This document shows, in pieces, positions 25,950 to 39,025 of a DNA stretch of 64,000 nucleotides. Each line of letters starts with the position of its first letter. Position 1 is the stretch's first letter. The DNA is from Macrostomum lignano (lineage: Eukaryota): assembly GCA_002269645.1 (NCBI GenBank), contig NIVC01003362.1:1-64000 (forward strand), written 5' to 3'. The notes beneath the pieces are model-generated. The model saw only the letters and a list, made by a program, of their open reading frames with translations, did not search any database and was not told the origin of the DNA. Made by a program: the position numbers and the translations under genes.

Positions 25950-28687
25950 AACTACGCACAGCTTCGTGTTAAAAGGCACAGATAAAAATATTGAACTAAT
26001 TGAATCAATTCATTGCGCAACCGATTTCACAGTCAGTCAGTATCAGCCTCAGGTAAAGTTAACAAAAACATTGCGCAATCTAAATCAACCCTCCAATACA
26101 CAGCAGCAGTGAGAAGTTGAACCCTCCCCCCAACAATCTTTGCAGATTAAAGTACAATCTTTGCAGAAAGTTAAAAGTATGGAAATAGTTTTTCAAATGC
26201 TGTGCTTTTTCTTTTCATATTTAAAGCAAACAACTTATATCCCCGAACTCAGCGTTGCAAGATCTTGCCAGCAATATAAGTCTCTCCTCTCAAAGTTAAA
26301 AATCGAGCAACAGTTAGCATTTGAAATTTTCTGATTTAAAGCATTGAAATATCGAGTGTACGTTCACTGCCTGCAGCAGTGGGAGGCTCGCAAGTTTATT
26401 CATTGAATTTCACTGTCCAAAACTACACAGGGCAGCCTATTGAATCAATTCATTGCGCAACCGATTTCACAGTCAGTCAGTATCAGCCTCAGGTAAAGTT
26501 AACAAAAACATTGCGCAATCTAAATCAACCCTCCAATACACAGCAGCAGTGAGAAGTTGAACCCTCCCCCCAACAATCTTTGCAGATTAAAGTACAATCT
26601 TTGCAGAAAGTTAAAAGTATGGAAATAGTTTTTCAAATGCTGTGCTTTTTCTTTTCATATTTAAAGCAAACAACTTATATCCCCGAACTCAGCGTTGCAA
26701 GATCTTGCCAGCAATATAAGTCTCTCCTCTCAAAGTTAAAAATCGAGCAACAGTTAGCATTTGAAATTTTCTGATTTAAAGCATTGAAATATCGAGTGTA
26801 CGTTCACTGCCTGCAGCAGTGGGAGGCTCGCAAGTTTATTCATTGAATTTCACTGTCCAAAACTACACAGGGCAGCCTATTGAAAATCAGAACACATATC
26901 GTTGCGCAATTGTCTATACAATCAGCCAGTGAGCTAGGGTCCGATTGTACACACGCAGCCACTGAGAACGCGACCATCCCCCACTGGAGAGAAAATACAC
27001 TGTAGAGATAGGAGACAGTTGTGGCGCAATCGCTCAAAATTCATGCAAATTTTCAGCTCCAAGCAGAAAGAGGGTACAATTAAGATTATCAAAGGTCAAG
27101 ACCACCGTTTTCTGCTTTTTTAGGGATCTTAAAATGTAAAAATGAAAGATTAAAATAGCCTAAAGCCATCCTCGGAAAATTTGCAGTTTTCCAATATAAG
27201 TTTCAACGCTGAGTTGCAAGTATTCTAGGAGGAGTTATGCAACAGACAAACAAACACACAAACATCGCACCAACTTTAGTAGATACGAGGCCAACTCCTC
27301 CTTCGGAGGAGAAAGGGGAAGAACTCCCATCACCGGAATTCAATTCCCTGAAATATCCATCAACTGAAATTCCATGTCTTGAACCCTATCTTCCAAATCG
27401 TCTCCAAATTCTTTACAAAATCTTTGAAAGACCATAGCTCAAAGACTCTCACGTCTCTCATATCTCCTCTCTCTTCTATTCGCTATTATCGTGACTCTCT
27501 TCTCTCTCCTCTCTCTCATCTCATCTCTACCCCTACTCCCTTATTTATCTCTTCTCCCTCGTCTTTCGTTTGTACCCTCTCCCGTCTCTTGTCTCCTCTC
27601 TTCTCTCATATCTCTCCTCTTCACTTCTGTCTCCTGTCTCCTCTCTTCTCTCTTATCTCTCCCTCTTCTCTCCTCTCTCATATGTCATCTCTTCTTACTT
27701 ATTTATCGTCTCTCTTAACCCTCTCTCTCTTCTCTTTTCTCTCCTATCTGCTTCTCATTTCTCATATCTCATATACGCTCTCACACTCTACTTTCTTGTC
27801 TCCCATCTTTCTTTCCTCCTTACCACTATCCCCTGTCTCTTCCCTTCTCTCTTTTCTATCCTCTCCATTCTCTCTTCTCTCCTCTCCTTTCTCATTTCAT
27901 CTTCTCCCCTCTCTTCTCTAATCTCTAATCTCTTCTCTCTTATGTTCTCACTCATCTCTTTTCTCATCGCATCTCTCATTTCTCCCCTCTTTTCTCCTCT
28001 CTTCTCTCTCCCCTCCTCTCTCATCTCTCATCCCTCATCTCACTCCTTCTTTCTCCTCTACTCTCCCCTCTTTTCTATTACCTCTGTACGCTCTTATCCC
28101 TCATCTCTATTCTCTCTCCTATCATCTCTCTTGTCTCCCTCTGCTATCTCATATCTCCCCTCTCGTCTCCTCTCTCCTCTTCTCTTCTCTCTCCTTCGTT
28201 CCCGCCTTACTCCCCTCTTTTCTCCCATCTGTCATGTCTAATCTCTCGTCTCATTTCTACTCTGTTTTCTATCATCTCATCTCTCTTCTCTTTTCATTCT
28301 TCTCTTTACTCTCTTCTCTGACTGACTGAAGATGCCAAATCCATCAAAATCCTCTCCGCAAAGCAGAAATCCTGTCCGTTCAAATGAAAACTATCGAAAT
28401 CCTCTCCATGAAACTGGACTCCTTCGAAATCCTCTCATTGAAACTTAAATCCATCTAAATCGTCTCGATAAAACAGAAATCAATCATAAATTATCTCCGC
28501 GAAACAGAAATCCTCACTGTGAAGATGAACGTGATCGAAATCCTCTCCGTGAAACTGAACACCATCGAAATCCTCTCCACGAAACAGAAATTCTCTCCGT
28601 CAAAATTAAAACATTGAAATCGTCTCCGCTAAACTGGACTCAATCGAATTTTTTCCGTCAAACAACTCAACTCTCCGGATTCATTGG

Positions 28688-28715
28688 TTAGGGTTAGGGT
28701 TAGGGTTAGGGTTAG
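28688..28715 (+). repeat. Interstitial telomeric repeat (TTAGGG)4
   Basis: Read directly. Confidence 0.97.
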
Positions 28716-30060
28716 AACTATACGCACAGCTTCGTGTTAAAAGGCACTGATAAAAATATTGAACTAATTGAATCAATTCATTGCGCAACCGATTTCACAG
28801 TCAGTCAGTATCAGTCTCAGTTAAAGTTAACAAAAACATTGCGCAATCTAAATCAACCCTCCAATACACAGCAGCAGTGAGAAGTTGAACCCTCCCCCAA
28901 CTTTATCTATTACGTCTCGCAAAACTGAGTACAATTTTTGCAGAAAGTTAAAAGTATGGAAATAGTTTTTCAAATGCTGTGCATTTTCTTTTCATATTTA
29001 AAGCAAACAACTTATATTCCCGAACTCAGCGTTGCAAGATCTTTCCAGCAATATAAGTTTCTCCTCTCAAAGTTTAAAACTCGAGGAACAGTTAGCGTTT
29101 GAAATTTACCGATTTCCCGACTGCTTGCTAGAGAAGCTCGCAATTCATTGAATTTCACTGCCCAGCTAATACACAGGGCCGATAATAAAACCAATTGAAT
29201 CTCGGCACAGTTCTATCTTTTTAAAACAGCTATGTACACTCAGTCCAAGCCCAACCCCCTCGTTCCGGGGAATCATTAAATTTAACTCAACCCCTCAACT
29301 AAAATCTTCCTACAATCTTTGCAGGAAGTTAAAAGTATGGAAATCGTTTTTTGAATCCCGCGCTTTTAGTTTTCATATTTAAAGCAAACAATTTATATCC
29401 CCGAACTCAGCGTTGCAAGTTCTTTCCAGCAATATAAGTCTCTCCTCTCAAAGTTAAAAACTCCAGCAACAGTCTGAGTTTGAAATTTGCCGATTTATAG
29501 CATTGCAATATTGAGTGTACGTTCATACGTTCACTGCCTGCTAAAGAGGCCCGCAAGTTTATTCATTGAATTTCACTGTCTAACCAATGCACAGGGCAGT
29601 CAATTGAAAGGTGCTGATAATAAAACCAATTGAATCTCAGCACAATAGCCATATAATTGCGCTTACTTACCCACCACCCCACGAAATACACACAGTTCAA
29701 TTTTTCAGCCGGGGTCCGCTTGTACACACGCTGCCACTGAGAACGCGACCAACCCCCACTGGAGAGAAAATACACTACAGAGATAGGAGAAAGTTGTGGC
29801 GCAATCGCTCAAAATCATGCAAATTTTCGGCTCCGAGCAGAAAAAGTGTCCAGAGAAGGTTAGGAAATCAGTTTTCTGCTTTTTTAGGGATCTTAAAATG
29901 TGAAGATAAAAAATTGAAATAGCCCACTGCAGTCCCCGGAAAATTTGCAGTTTCCCCATATAAGTTTCAACGCTGACTTGCAAGTATTCTAGGAGGAGTT
30001 ATGCAACACACAAACAAACAGACAAACAAACAAACAATCATCGCACCAACTTTAGTATTA

Positions 30061-30110
30061 GGAGAGAGAAGAGAAGAGAAGAGAGAAGAGAAGAGAGAAG
30101 AGAGAAGAAG
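30061..30110. repeat. (GAGAA)n purine tract at the end of the array
   Basis: Read directly. Confidence 0.9.
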
Positions 30111-33100
30111 TTCACTTACTACATACAGACAGACAAACATCGCGTCAGTTTTAGTATAAGTAGATTACTACATACAGACAGACAAACATCGCGTCAGTTT
30201 TAGTATAAGTAGATTGTTACTGTGAAGCGGACCTTTTTGACCTGGTCATAAGAAAACCTATCGCAAGATGTACAGACATATAACAGATACCACTGATTCT
30301 GCGCCAATCGTATCGGATAAATAGAGTCAAGACGAACTAAGACGAAAGATTTTAAGAACACGAATTTTGAGTCTTAGTAGCCATTCAATATTTTTATGCC
30401 ATATTAATATTATTGGCCTTTTTAAAATGTATGCAAAAAGTATATACTAATCGTGCGTGTTGCGTCCTAAGTAAACGACAATTAAGTAGTCCGTGTTTGT
30501 TCTAACATCTTACTTGATTGCACAGTCAGTGTTCAGTGTAACGTCCCAATGTTAGCTGACGATTGAGTGATGTTACACATCGTGCATCGCGCTTTGCCTA
30601 TAAATGCGAGTAGTGAGTGAAGACGCAGTCGTCCCCAAATTAATTGAATCTATCTTAAAACACAAGAGAGAGTGAGTAATGTACATGTACCAGTTAATGT
30701 ACTAGTAAAGGTCTTTAGCAAGTTGCTGGCCCCGTGCTGTTGCTGTGGGAGTTTTGTTGAGTTTCTAAGACACACAGAACCACAGCTAATACGAGCTATA
30801 GAAGTAACAACTTTTTAAATAGACTTTATCCTGTCTTTCTCAATCTCTGAAACTGAACCTATTTTATACTCAGAAATCCTTATGCTGAGCCAGGGTTCAC
30901 TTATTCTTCAGAATCATCCTGTTCGCTTCGCAGTAAATATATAAAATATCTGAAATCTAATCAATCAATATGCACATTACCCTAATGTATTCAGAGGTAA
31001 TTTTACGTAAACCATGGCGTTTTTTAAGCAATCATTCCCAGAAACCACTACTTAAATCCGTTTGTAGTAGGCCGATCTACCACTGGACTACTGGGGTGGA
31101 CGGCGGCAGATCTCCCGCGGGCGACGACAGGAGGACGACCGGACCCCAAGTGACGGACTTACGTCATTGTTTTCAACTATTGTTCCCTTGGTTGTTCCCC
31201 CGGCTGTCCCCGCCTTTGTTCCCCCGCCTGTTCCCTCTTTTGTTCCCTCTGTTGGCCCCGGTTGTTTTAGTGATTCCAGTGGGCGGGTTTTTCTCGTTTC
31301 CCATCGTTGTCCCTCCCCTTGTCCCATCCTCTGTCCCATCCCCGGGTTTTCCCATGTTAACTTATTATATATTGTGTGAAGTTCGGGCATATTTTTGCTC
31401 ATGCCTCTGGCCTCTTGCCTCTTGCCTCTTTCCTTTTTCCGTTTCCGTTTTTTCGTTTAATATTTAGTGTGAGTTTGATCGTTTATTAGTTCTTTAGTTT
31501 TGCTCTAACAGTTGCTCACCCTCGGCACCGCCGAATCAAGCTCGATCGTACGCAATTATAATAACAGTTTGTTTCTTTAATAATCGGTTAATATTAATAA
31601 TAATAAGAAGCTCAGTTATATTATATTTATTCCGTCAAACTTAATCGAAGCCATTAGTTTTTATTGAGTTCTTTGCCCGCGGGGCGTAAAATAACCAATC
31701 AGTCTCAACTCAAAGAAAGCTCTGAGACCCTCAACGTTCCGTAAAACGACATTTACGGTGGTGGCAGCGCTACTTTACTACTGAGAGTAACACAACTAGC
31801 AATCTCGACGAATTACGAGTTTACGGTGTCTGAGGACCCATTCTGAACGACTCGGGCCGCTACTAGACCGCTCGACTGCGATTACGACTACCCTCCCCCC
31901 GGAATTGAGGACCCGGCAGACGGAGTAACCAAGGAGAAGAATCAGCGCATCAATTCGTGCATTTTCCGGCTTTATTCGTGCTTCTACAACGCCGGCGGCA
32001 ATTCAAACGAGGAATCCGCCCCACCTCGCTGGTGGGTCGTTCGCAAATTCTAGAAGGAGCAAAAATTTTAACAATTTTCCGAACATTTACTATTGTTACT
32101 GCCATATTCAAAATAATAGGACACTTTTATCTGTGAATAAAGATAATTTTTGGGTTGAACTTTATCATGCAAAAGTGTTTTTAATCATCTGGCGGTATTA
32201 AGCGATAATTAGCGATGAAAAAATTCAAATTCAATCATTTCACCGATGTTAATTTTTGATACTACAAGATGTCTGTAGCTAAAACAAGTTGTTGTTGTGT
32301 TGAAACCTTGCTATATTACATTTAAAATGAAAGCTTATATAAATTTAATTTAAGAATTTTTTAAAGCTCAATAAACTGCACTATAAATGATTTTATAGAC
32401 GCTTAACTGGACGCCTAGCATTTCCGGTGGGATAGCCTCTTTGCGTCTCACAAAATGTATTTTTCAGCTGACGTCTAGAATGTGCGCTTAAAATGATACA
32501 TTTTGATGCAGATAATTAGAAAAACATGTCTTATTATCTTTTTGTAAAAAATTGTTATGAAATAGAGCACTAATATTGATAAAAATAATTAAAAGCAACC
32601 ATGCATCGCAATTAACTCCTACTTTGAAGCACAAAATAAATATCCTGTAACCACACTAGCATTCTCCATGGAGCACCTTTTGAGCTGAAATTTTACACAG
32701 ATATCCAGTAAAGTAAACTGAGCAAATGATTTTTTTTGTTTTTGAAAATACTTCAATTTGGCTATGTATCAGTTAGTTCATTGGACATATTTATTATATT
32801 TTTATTAAAATCCTTGTAACCAAGCTACAGAGAAACATGTGCAAAACTGGACCTTGAAATTTGACCTGAATGATCAGCAAATGTGTATCTCGAAATGATT
32901 TTTTTTGTTTTCATCAAGTCATTCTATGCTAATTTTTTCTGAAGGGAAAGATACCATATATTTAGAGTCAATAGGGGAAGCATTTAAACTTATTCAATAG
33001 TCATTAAAATTGCAACTATATTATTATAATATAGTAATACTATTATACCTGTATTATATAGTAATATTAACTTCTAAGATGCCCTTATAAATTTAAGTAA

Positions 33101-36100
33101 AGACAACAGGCCTTAATTAATTAATCAGCATTTTGAAGAAACTGACCTTATACAGATGGGCCCCAAGCTAAGAAATGAATGTAGAGCTTATTTCGTGTAA
33201 GGTATAAAAATCACTTTATTATAATAATAAATACTCCTAATAAATTGGTTAAATTAGTTATTTACCTTGAATTAATTTAATTTTAATAATTAAATATATA
33301 AATTTGTTTCACTTCTTACTGCATTTAAATAGAGTACCTCTCTACTATACTATAGAAGTATAGTAAAAGTATGGTAAAAAAGTATAGTAAAAAATTTTCT
33401 TTAGTTTAATCCCAGCTTGCCTCAGTTTTTTAGTCTTAATACGAGCTAGATAGTAAGTGTTGATTAATTTGCTCCATCACCTTTTGCCACGGAAACAGCA
33501 CATGTCGGACATGCAACACTCTTCCTGATCCCTGGATCCAAGATGACTGCTTCTGCTTCTTCAATGCTTGAAAACTGAGCTCATGGAGCTTTAGGTTATG
33601 CTGTCAGAGTGCTGCTGCCGGTGCTGTGTGTGTATGTGTGTGTCTTCTGTGGGTAGGTTCCCTGTCCCTCAGTTTAGCCACTGTTGTGGGCTAACTGGAG
33701 GAATTGCCGTTGTCGGTGCTGCAGGTGGCACTGCATGGTAGTATTGACGCTGTCAGTGACGCTGGCAAAGGCTTGGACGAAGCTAGGTGCCGTCATTGTC
33801 AGAAGGACATGCGTGTGCTGCTTAGACCAGTGCGCACATTCGACTGGACTCGTATCTGGTGCAGTCTGGTGTATTCACTGAGATTGTGTGGATCTGCCTC
33901 CTCGCATCACCTCAACCAGACTCAATTTCTTTTGTAGAATTTTCGTGCGCTGCTTAACTGCATCTTGTGCCTGCTGAGTGATGCCAAGAATTGTGCCACA
34001 CAATAATTTGGCCCATAAACTACTCGTATATTATACATATGTATGCACAGCACACACACACGCTGTTCATTCATATTAAATGTACTAGTTAATGGAATTC
34101 TCATCTCATGAGCTCTAGTCTATGGACAAACCTGAAATTACTAGAATATCTAGATAGATCTAAACTTCTTTGAGCAGCGCGCTGCGCTGCGATCAAAATA
34201 CATGTAGATTCTTTAGCGCAACTAATTAATAGTGTAGTACAGTCTACAGCCTGAAGTAGCCTGTGTAAGATGCGGAGGGATGATTTTTGCATAGGAAGCC
34301 ACTACGGTAAGGTTGATGGAACTATGGGGAGGTGAGAGATTCAAAGCGAGGGACGGAAGCCATGCATAGTTCGATCATAAGTTTAATTTTTGCATGAGTC
34401 TGGGGATGCATTAACGAGAGGCGGACGAGAGCATAGAAATAAAGCGGGCTAAAAAATATTAATACACAAAATTACATGTGCTAGCTAGTAATTTCAGAAT
34501 GGTCAGCGACTCCTCCGATTTGTATCCGCGACCGCGTGCCCACAAATCCCCCGGCAGACCCTGTCGCAGTTGGTGGTTGTGCACAGAATACAATGTTAAT
34601 TTTCGAGCTTCTCTGCAAAAAATGCGTGATGCACTCAATATGCGTGCTATAGTCTACTTCTTTGATTAGATGGCTGGGTTTTGCCTTTTCACTTGTGATC
34701 ATCAAAAGCTTGGGCGTCATTGCTACTGGTGTTTCAGTGTGCGCATTATGTCTGGTTATCATATTATGTGCATGTGCAGTGTCTTTTACCTACATTTTTG
34801 TTTGTCTCTGTTTCCTGCATGCTCTTTCGCATTTTTACACCTCGCACATCCTCATTTTTCTCAATTAACAAGTGAAATCTTTTCTTAAAGACTAATTGCT
34901 ATTTTAGTTAAGCTAGTAGGTTTTTGGTAATTAAATAATTCAATTTTGTCTATTTTCCAAAAAGTTTCAAAAAATGAATTAATTAAAATAAATTTGAATT
35001 ATTTTAAGTTAATTGGAGTAAAATGTCTAATAAGTAACTATAATTTTTTATTTTAAGTACATGTAGCTTTGGTATAAGTATTAATGTAATAAGTACTTAA
35101 AGTAAAATCAAGCAAGTTATAGTTTTCAGAAATTATGCTACAAATAATCAAATATATACTAGTATCCGAATTCCTTTATTAAGGAACATGCAGTCGATAT
35201 TAAATCCACAATGTGCTTTTTGGTGTTCAAGGATAGTTCCCTGACTTTTTCTATTATTAGTTAGATTTTATTATATTTAATGTAAAAATGAAAACAATTC
35301 TATTAACCATAAAAATGAACATTCTTTATTTGTCGAATCATCTTAACTTTGAAAAGATACATAGTGAAAACTTGATTTTTAATTCAACCTTTCAAGACTT
35401 ATTTAGACTTCTTAATTCAGTGATTAGTTAAACTGATCGAAGTCCTTTCGAGTGCATGCTATAATAATTTCGCACTTTTTCGCACACGATAATTTTAAAT
35501 GTCTGGGATTTAGAGCAGAGTAACAAAATGCTGTGCTCAAAAACATTTCCTTTGTCAATTTCTTGTTCTTTTATTTTTGCAAAAGAAATTTAACTGCATA
35601 TTTAAAATAAAAATAGAAGAAAATTTTATTTTCTCTTTAATATTTTTGTCGTTTATTTTCCGCAACAAAGAATAACAAATAGCCTTGATTTCTTCTCAAT
35701 TTCAAGTTTTCTTGTGGTTTTAGTAGCAGCTTCTTACAGAAATTGTCGAAAGAATTTTTTTTGTACGATTATTGGTCGATGTATAAACTTTTTTTGCAAT
35801 AACAAAAAGTTGTGACCTAGCTTTGAGAACGACCCTGGTGTCAGCAAATTTTCGAAACCGAGAGTTTCCAAGAAAAAATTCTTCTCCACCCCCACCTCAC
35901 CGTTATTCTTCACGTCTCTACGACTACGAGGAGTAGCGATGTACTCTGGCCAGCTGGTTTAAATTCATTTTTGTATTTTTATATAATTAGGTTGGGTGTG
36001 AAGGTTGGTAGTGTTGGCAGCAATTATTTAAATTATTTAACGGGCTTGCACGAATTTATATATACTATCTATAGGCCTAATTACTGTACAGTGTAGTGAG

Positions 36101-36580
36101 TGTAGTCCACAATATTTTTTTACAAAAAATTAAAATTGTTTTTAGCCTTTAGGGATAGGCTAGGCCTAACCTAATAGGTGATAAGTGAATTAATTTTTCC
36201 TATGTGTTGGCCTATTTAGCAAAAATATGCATTTTTTTAATATTACTATCACTTTTCTACTTATAGTTTTATAAGATAACCCAAGTGCCAAGCCAGACTC
36301 CAGACAGGTTACTATGTATGCCAGCCAGATAGGGTTAGGGCTTTAAAAAACTGATACTTACCTATTATCAATTATATTTATAAAAAATAAATAAAAATTA
36401 GTTTTATTTTCAAATAAAAAATTGGTAATTTTAGTATAAAAGGCATAATAAATTAATAATAAAATGTAAAGCCAAAGTAATAAACTATTTTCTATATAGC
36501 AATTTTGTGAAGATTTGTAAAACTTTGTAAAGATAGTTAGAAAAATATTTTATATGCTAGAATTTTCTGGCATATATTAG

Positions 36581-37034
36581 CCATAGCTGGGAAGGTGACA
36601 GTTTTTGGTGAATTTTCCGGCGCAAATTGGCCCTTTTTTTGGCACACACGGCGCACACAGCGTACAAGGAAAAATTGGAAATGCTCTGGCAGCGCACATG
36701 GCGCATGGCGCTGAAAAAATATATAGTTACACTTCGTTATACTTTGCAAAATATATAGTGTCAGGCCTAATTCCATAATTTGTAAAAATAAAATTATGTA
36801 AATTATGTAAATTACGTAAATCACGATATAAAATATGTAAATGAAATTCAAATTTGTCTACCGTAAATTCCTTACGGTAGAATAAATACCTTACCTTACC
36901 TTACCTTACCTTAGACTTACCTTATCATGGTGCGCTGCAGCGCACAAAATCTTTTCTTCATGGCGCACGGTGCACAGTGCTCAAAAGCCATCAAAATAGT
37001 TCCGGCGCACACTGTGCCACCTTCCCGACTATGG
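36581..37034. mobile_element. MITE, 454 bp, CCATAG...CTATGG termini, 8-bp TSD TATATTAG
   Basis: Left end CCATAGCTGGGAAGGTGACAG versus right end CTGTGCCACCTTCCCGACTATGG; TATATTAG at 36573-36580 and 37035-37042. Confidence 0.8.
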
Positions 37035-37197
37035 TATATTAGGGGCCTAGCCCTTCATAGTTCATTGGCATCCTTTTATCTAAAAAAGTTGTATATGGCA
37101 AACAAAAAGTGGTATATAAAGTTTTTTGAAAATAGGTATAAGTACCTTCTAGTTTCTATAACAAAGGGTTGAACATTTCAAAAAAGCTTTAAAAAGG

Positions 37198-37666
37198 CCA
37201 TACTCCAGATCATGTAATAGTATATATATACCCAAAAATTCAGGTGTGCATTGGCCTTATATGCCAAAAGTAACATGCACAGTTGGCATGCATCCTTGAG
37301 AAAATAGTATACATGCACACCCGGCATGCACTTTGTAGAATCACGCATGAGAGTTATTGTGAAGTTAAAAAAAGTTGATTTTAAAGCATAAATTTCAAGC
37401 TTTCCATTTTTTCAAGCTTGTAAAAAACATTTAAACAAATCTTTGTGTGTATCAGTTTTCCACTGTAAATAGTATCATTTAAATAGCATAAAAATCAACC
37501 AAATTATCTGTAAAATAGGGTCTATTATTATGGAATTTAAAAAAGTCATTGTTGCAACACTCGCATATTTTTTTAAAAACTAGGCATGTACTAAATTTTC
37601 TTTGGCGTGCATTTGTAATTATTCAATTTTTGTTTAGGCATGCACCTAGCATGATCCAGACTATGG
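37198..37666. mobile_element. MITE, 469 bp, CCATA...TATGG termini, 8-bp TSD TAAAAAGG
   Basis: Left end CCATACTCCAGATCATG versus right end CATGATCCAGACTATGG; TAAAAAGG at 37190-37197 and 37667-37674. Confidence 0.75.
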
Positions 37667-39025
37667 TAAAAAGGTAGTAGTTAAAAGGTAATATAAGAGT
37701 GCAAATAAAAAAAAATTTTTTAGGGCTATTATAAAGAATTCCCTATTAGAATAAATGTTGAAAACTCGCAGACATGCACTTTAGAAAGAGTCAAATTATT
37801 TTACCACATTTTAGTAAGGTGGGGGCAGAGAAAAAAAACTTTGAAATCAGTCAGTTGCTGACATCAATAAGGTGGGGCGGTTCAACTTTGAATTGCTGCC
37901 TATGTTGACTGTTGACGGCACTCATAAAGCCAGAAAATTTCACAAACTGATATGTTTAGCTTCTTCTTTGATACTCTGTCTGTTGGGTCCTCAATTCTGA
38001 GGGGAGGGTAGTCATAATTCGCAGTCAAGCAGTCTTTTAATGGCACAGTTGTTCAATTGGGTCTTCAGATTCATATTGTACCACTATGGTATTTGGTATC
38101 CTGGGTCCTATTTCTTAGAGGCAAATTGAAAACTTATGTGCCAGCTAGTATCAGTGAAAAAGTTAAAAATCAAACAAAAAACCAAAATTTATACTTTACC
38201 CTATATATATTCCTAAGTCTCTCTAACCCAAAATTTGCCAAAGGTCTTCAAAATCTTTTTTATAAGATGGCTATTTAAATTTCAATTTAATATAGACAAA
38301 CCATTTATGTTTAGTAATGAACTATGAGTAATATGTACTTAATTGAATTGTTGGTTTTTAGCATTAGTAAAATAAAATAAGTCAGAGGTGTTAATAAATG
38401 ACAAGTGTTTAATTGGCTAGTCAATGGAAATAGTAGGGCCTATTCAAGCATAAATGATTTATAAATTCACTGTCTATTTTTTGTCAGTCAATGAAATTAT
38501 TCTATTAATAAACTTGTAGCTATAGACACATTAGAATAATTTTTTGCCAGGAATGCTTTAGAAGAAACAAGGACTACTATAGTAGACCTAGGATCAAAGA
38601 TTAGACCAACACATGATGCCATAAAAATTGAACAGAGTTGAAAAATCCTAGAAATTTTCAGAGATTCCACATAACTGTTTTATCTGTTTGATCAATTGTT
38701 CTTATATTTTATGCTATTGAACACAGTTGTATCTATGAGTATATCTAAATTTTCAGCTGACTTGAGCATTCCTATAAAAAAGTGACCTCAGTCCAGAAAC
38801 GTAAGACACCCAATTGTATAATTGAATTAATTTTTTCCTTATATATGTCTATTAGAACACTACTATAGGTATACTATTGCATACTCTTACTATTAATTCG
38901 AGAAATAAACTTTCTAAGCCTGTTAAAGTTACTTAATTCAGTGATGACAAAACAAATAACTTCAGCCAATTATTGATGCAAACAAGCCTCGCAATGTTAG
39001 GCGCCTACTAGCTTAGCTTTAAACG

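Larger units (their letters stand above)
17761..30060 (+). mobile_element. Head-to-tail array of five composite non-coding elements (putative non-autonomous Helitron/MINE-like)
   Basis: Units start ACGAG(TGG/GCC)AACTCCTCC at 17761, 20081, 21990, 24640 and 27285. They end with an (ACAG/ACAA)n-AAACATCGC...TTTAGTA motif and share their internal module order. Confidence 0.7.

Noticed and set aside
17853-28241. Long Leu/Ser-rich ORFs (345, 263, 223 aa)
   Set aside because: They are translations of CT-rich low-complexity tracts that lack stops by composition.
30537-30809. Possible solo LTR (TGTAAC...GTAACA with TATA box)
   Set aside because: No target-site duplication, imperfect inverted ends and no second copy in the window.
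33470-33900. Minus-strand fragment KSVACPTCAVSVAKGDG resembling an IBR/RING motif, and nearby GC-richer sequence
   Set aside because: Too short, followed by a stop, missing further Cys/His ligands, and no usable splice sites; may be a decayed pseudo-exon.
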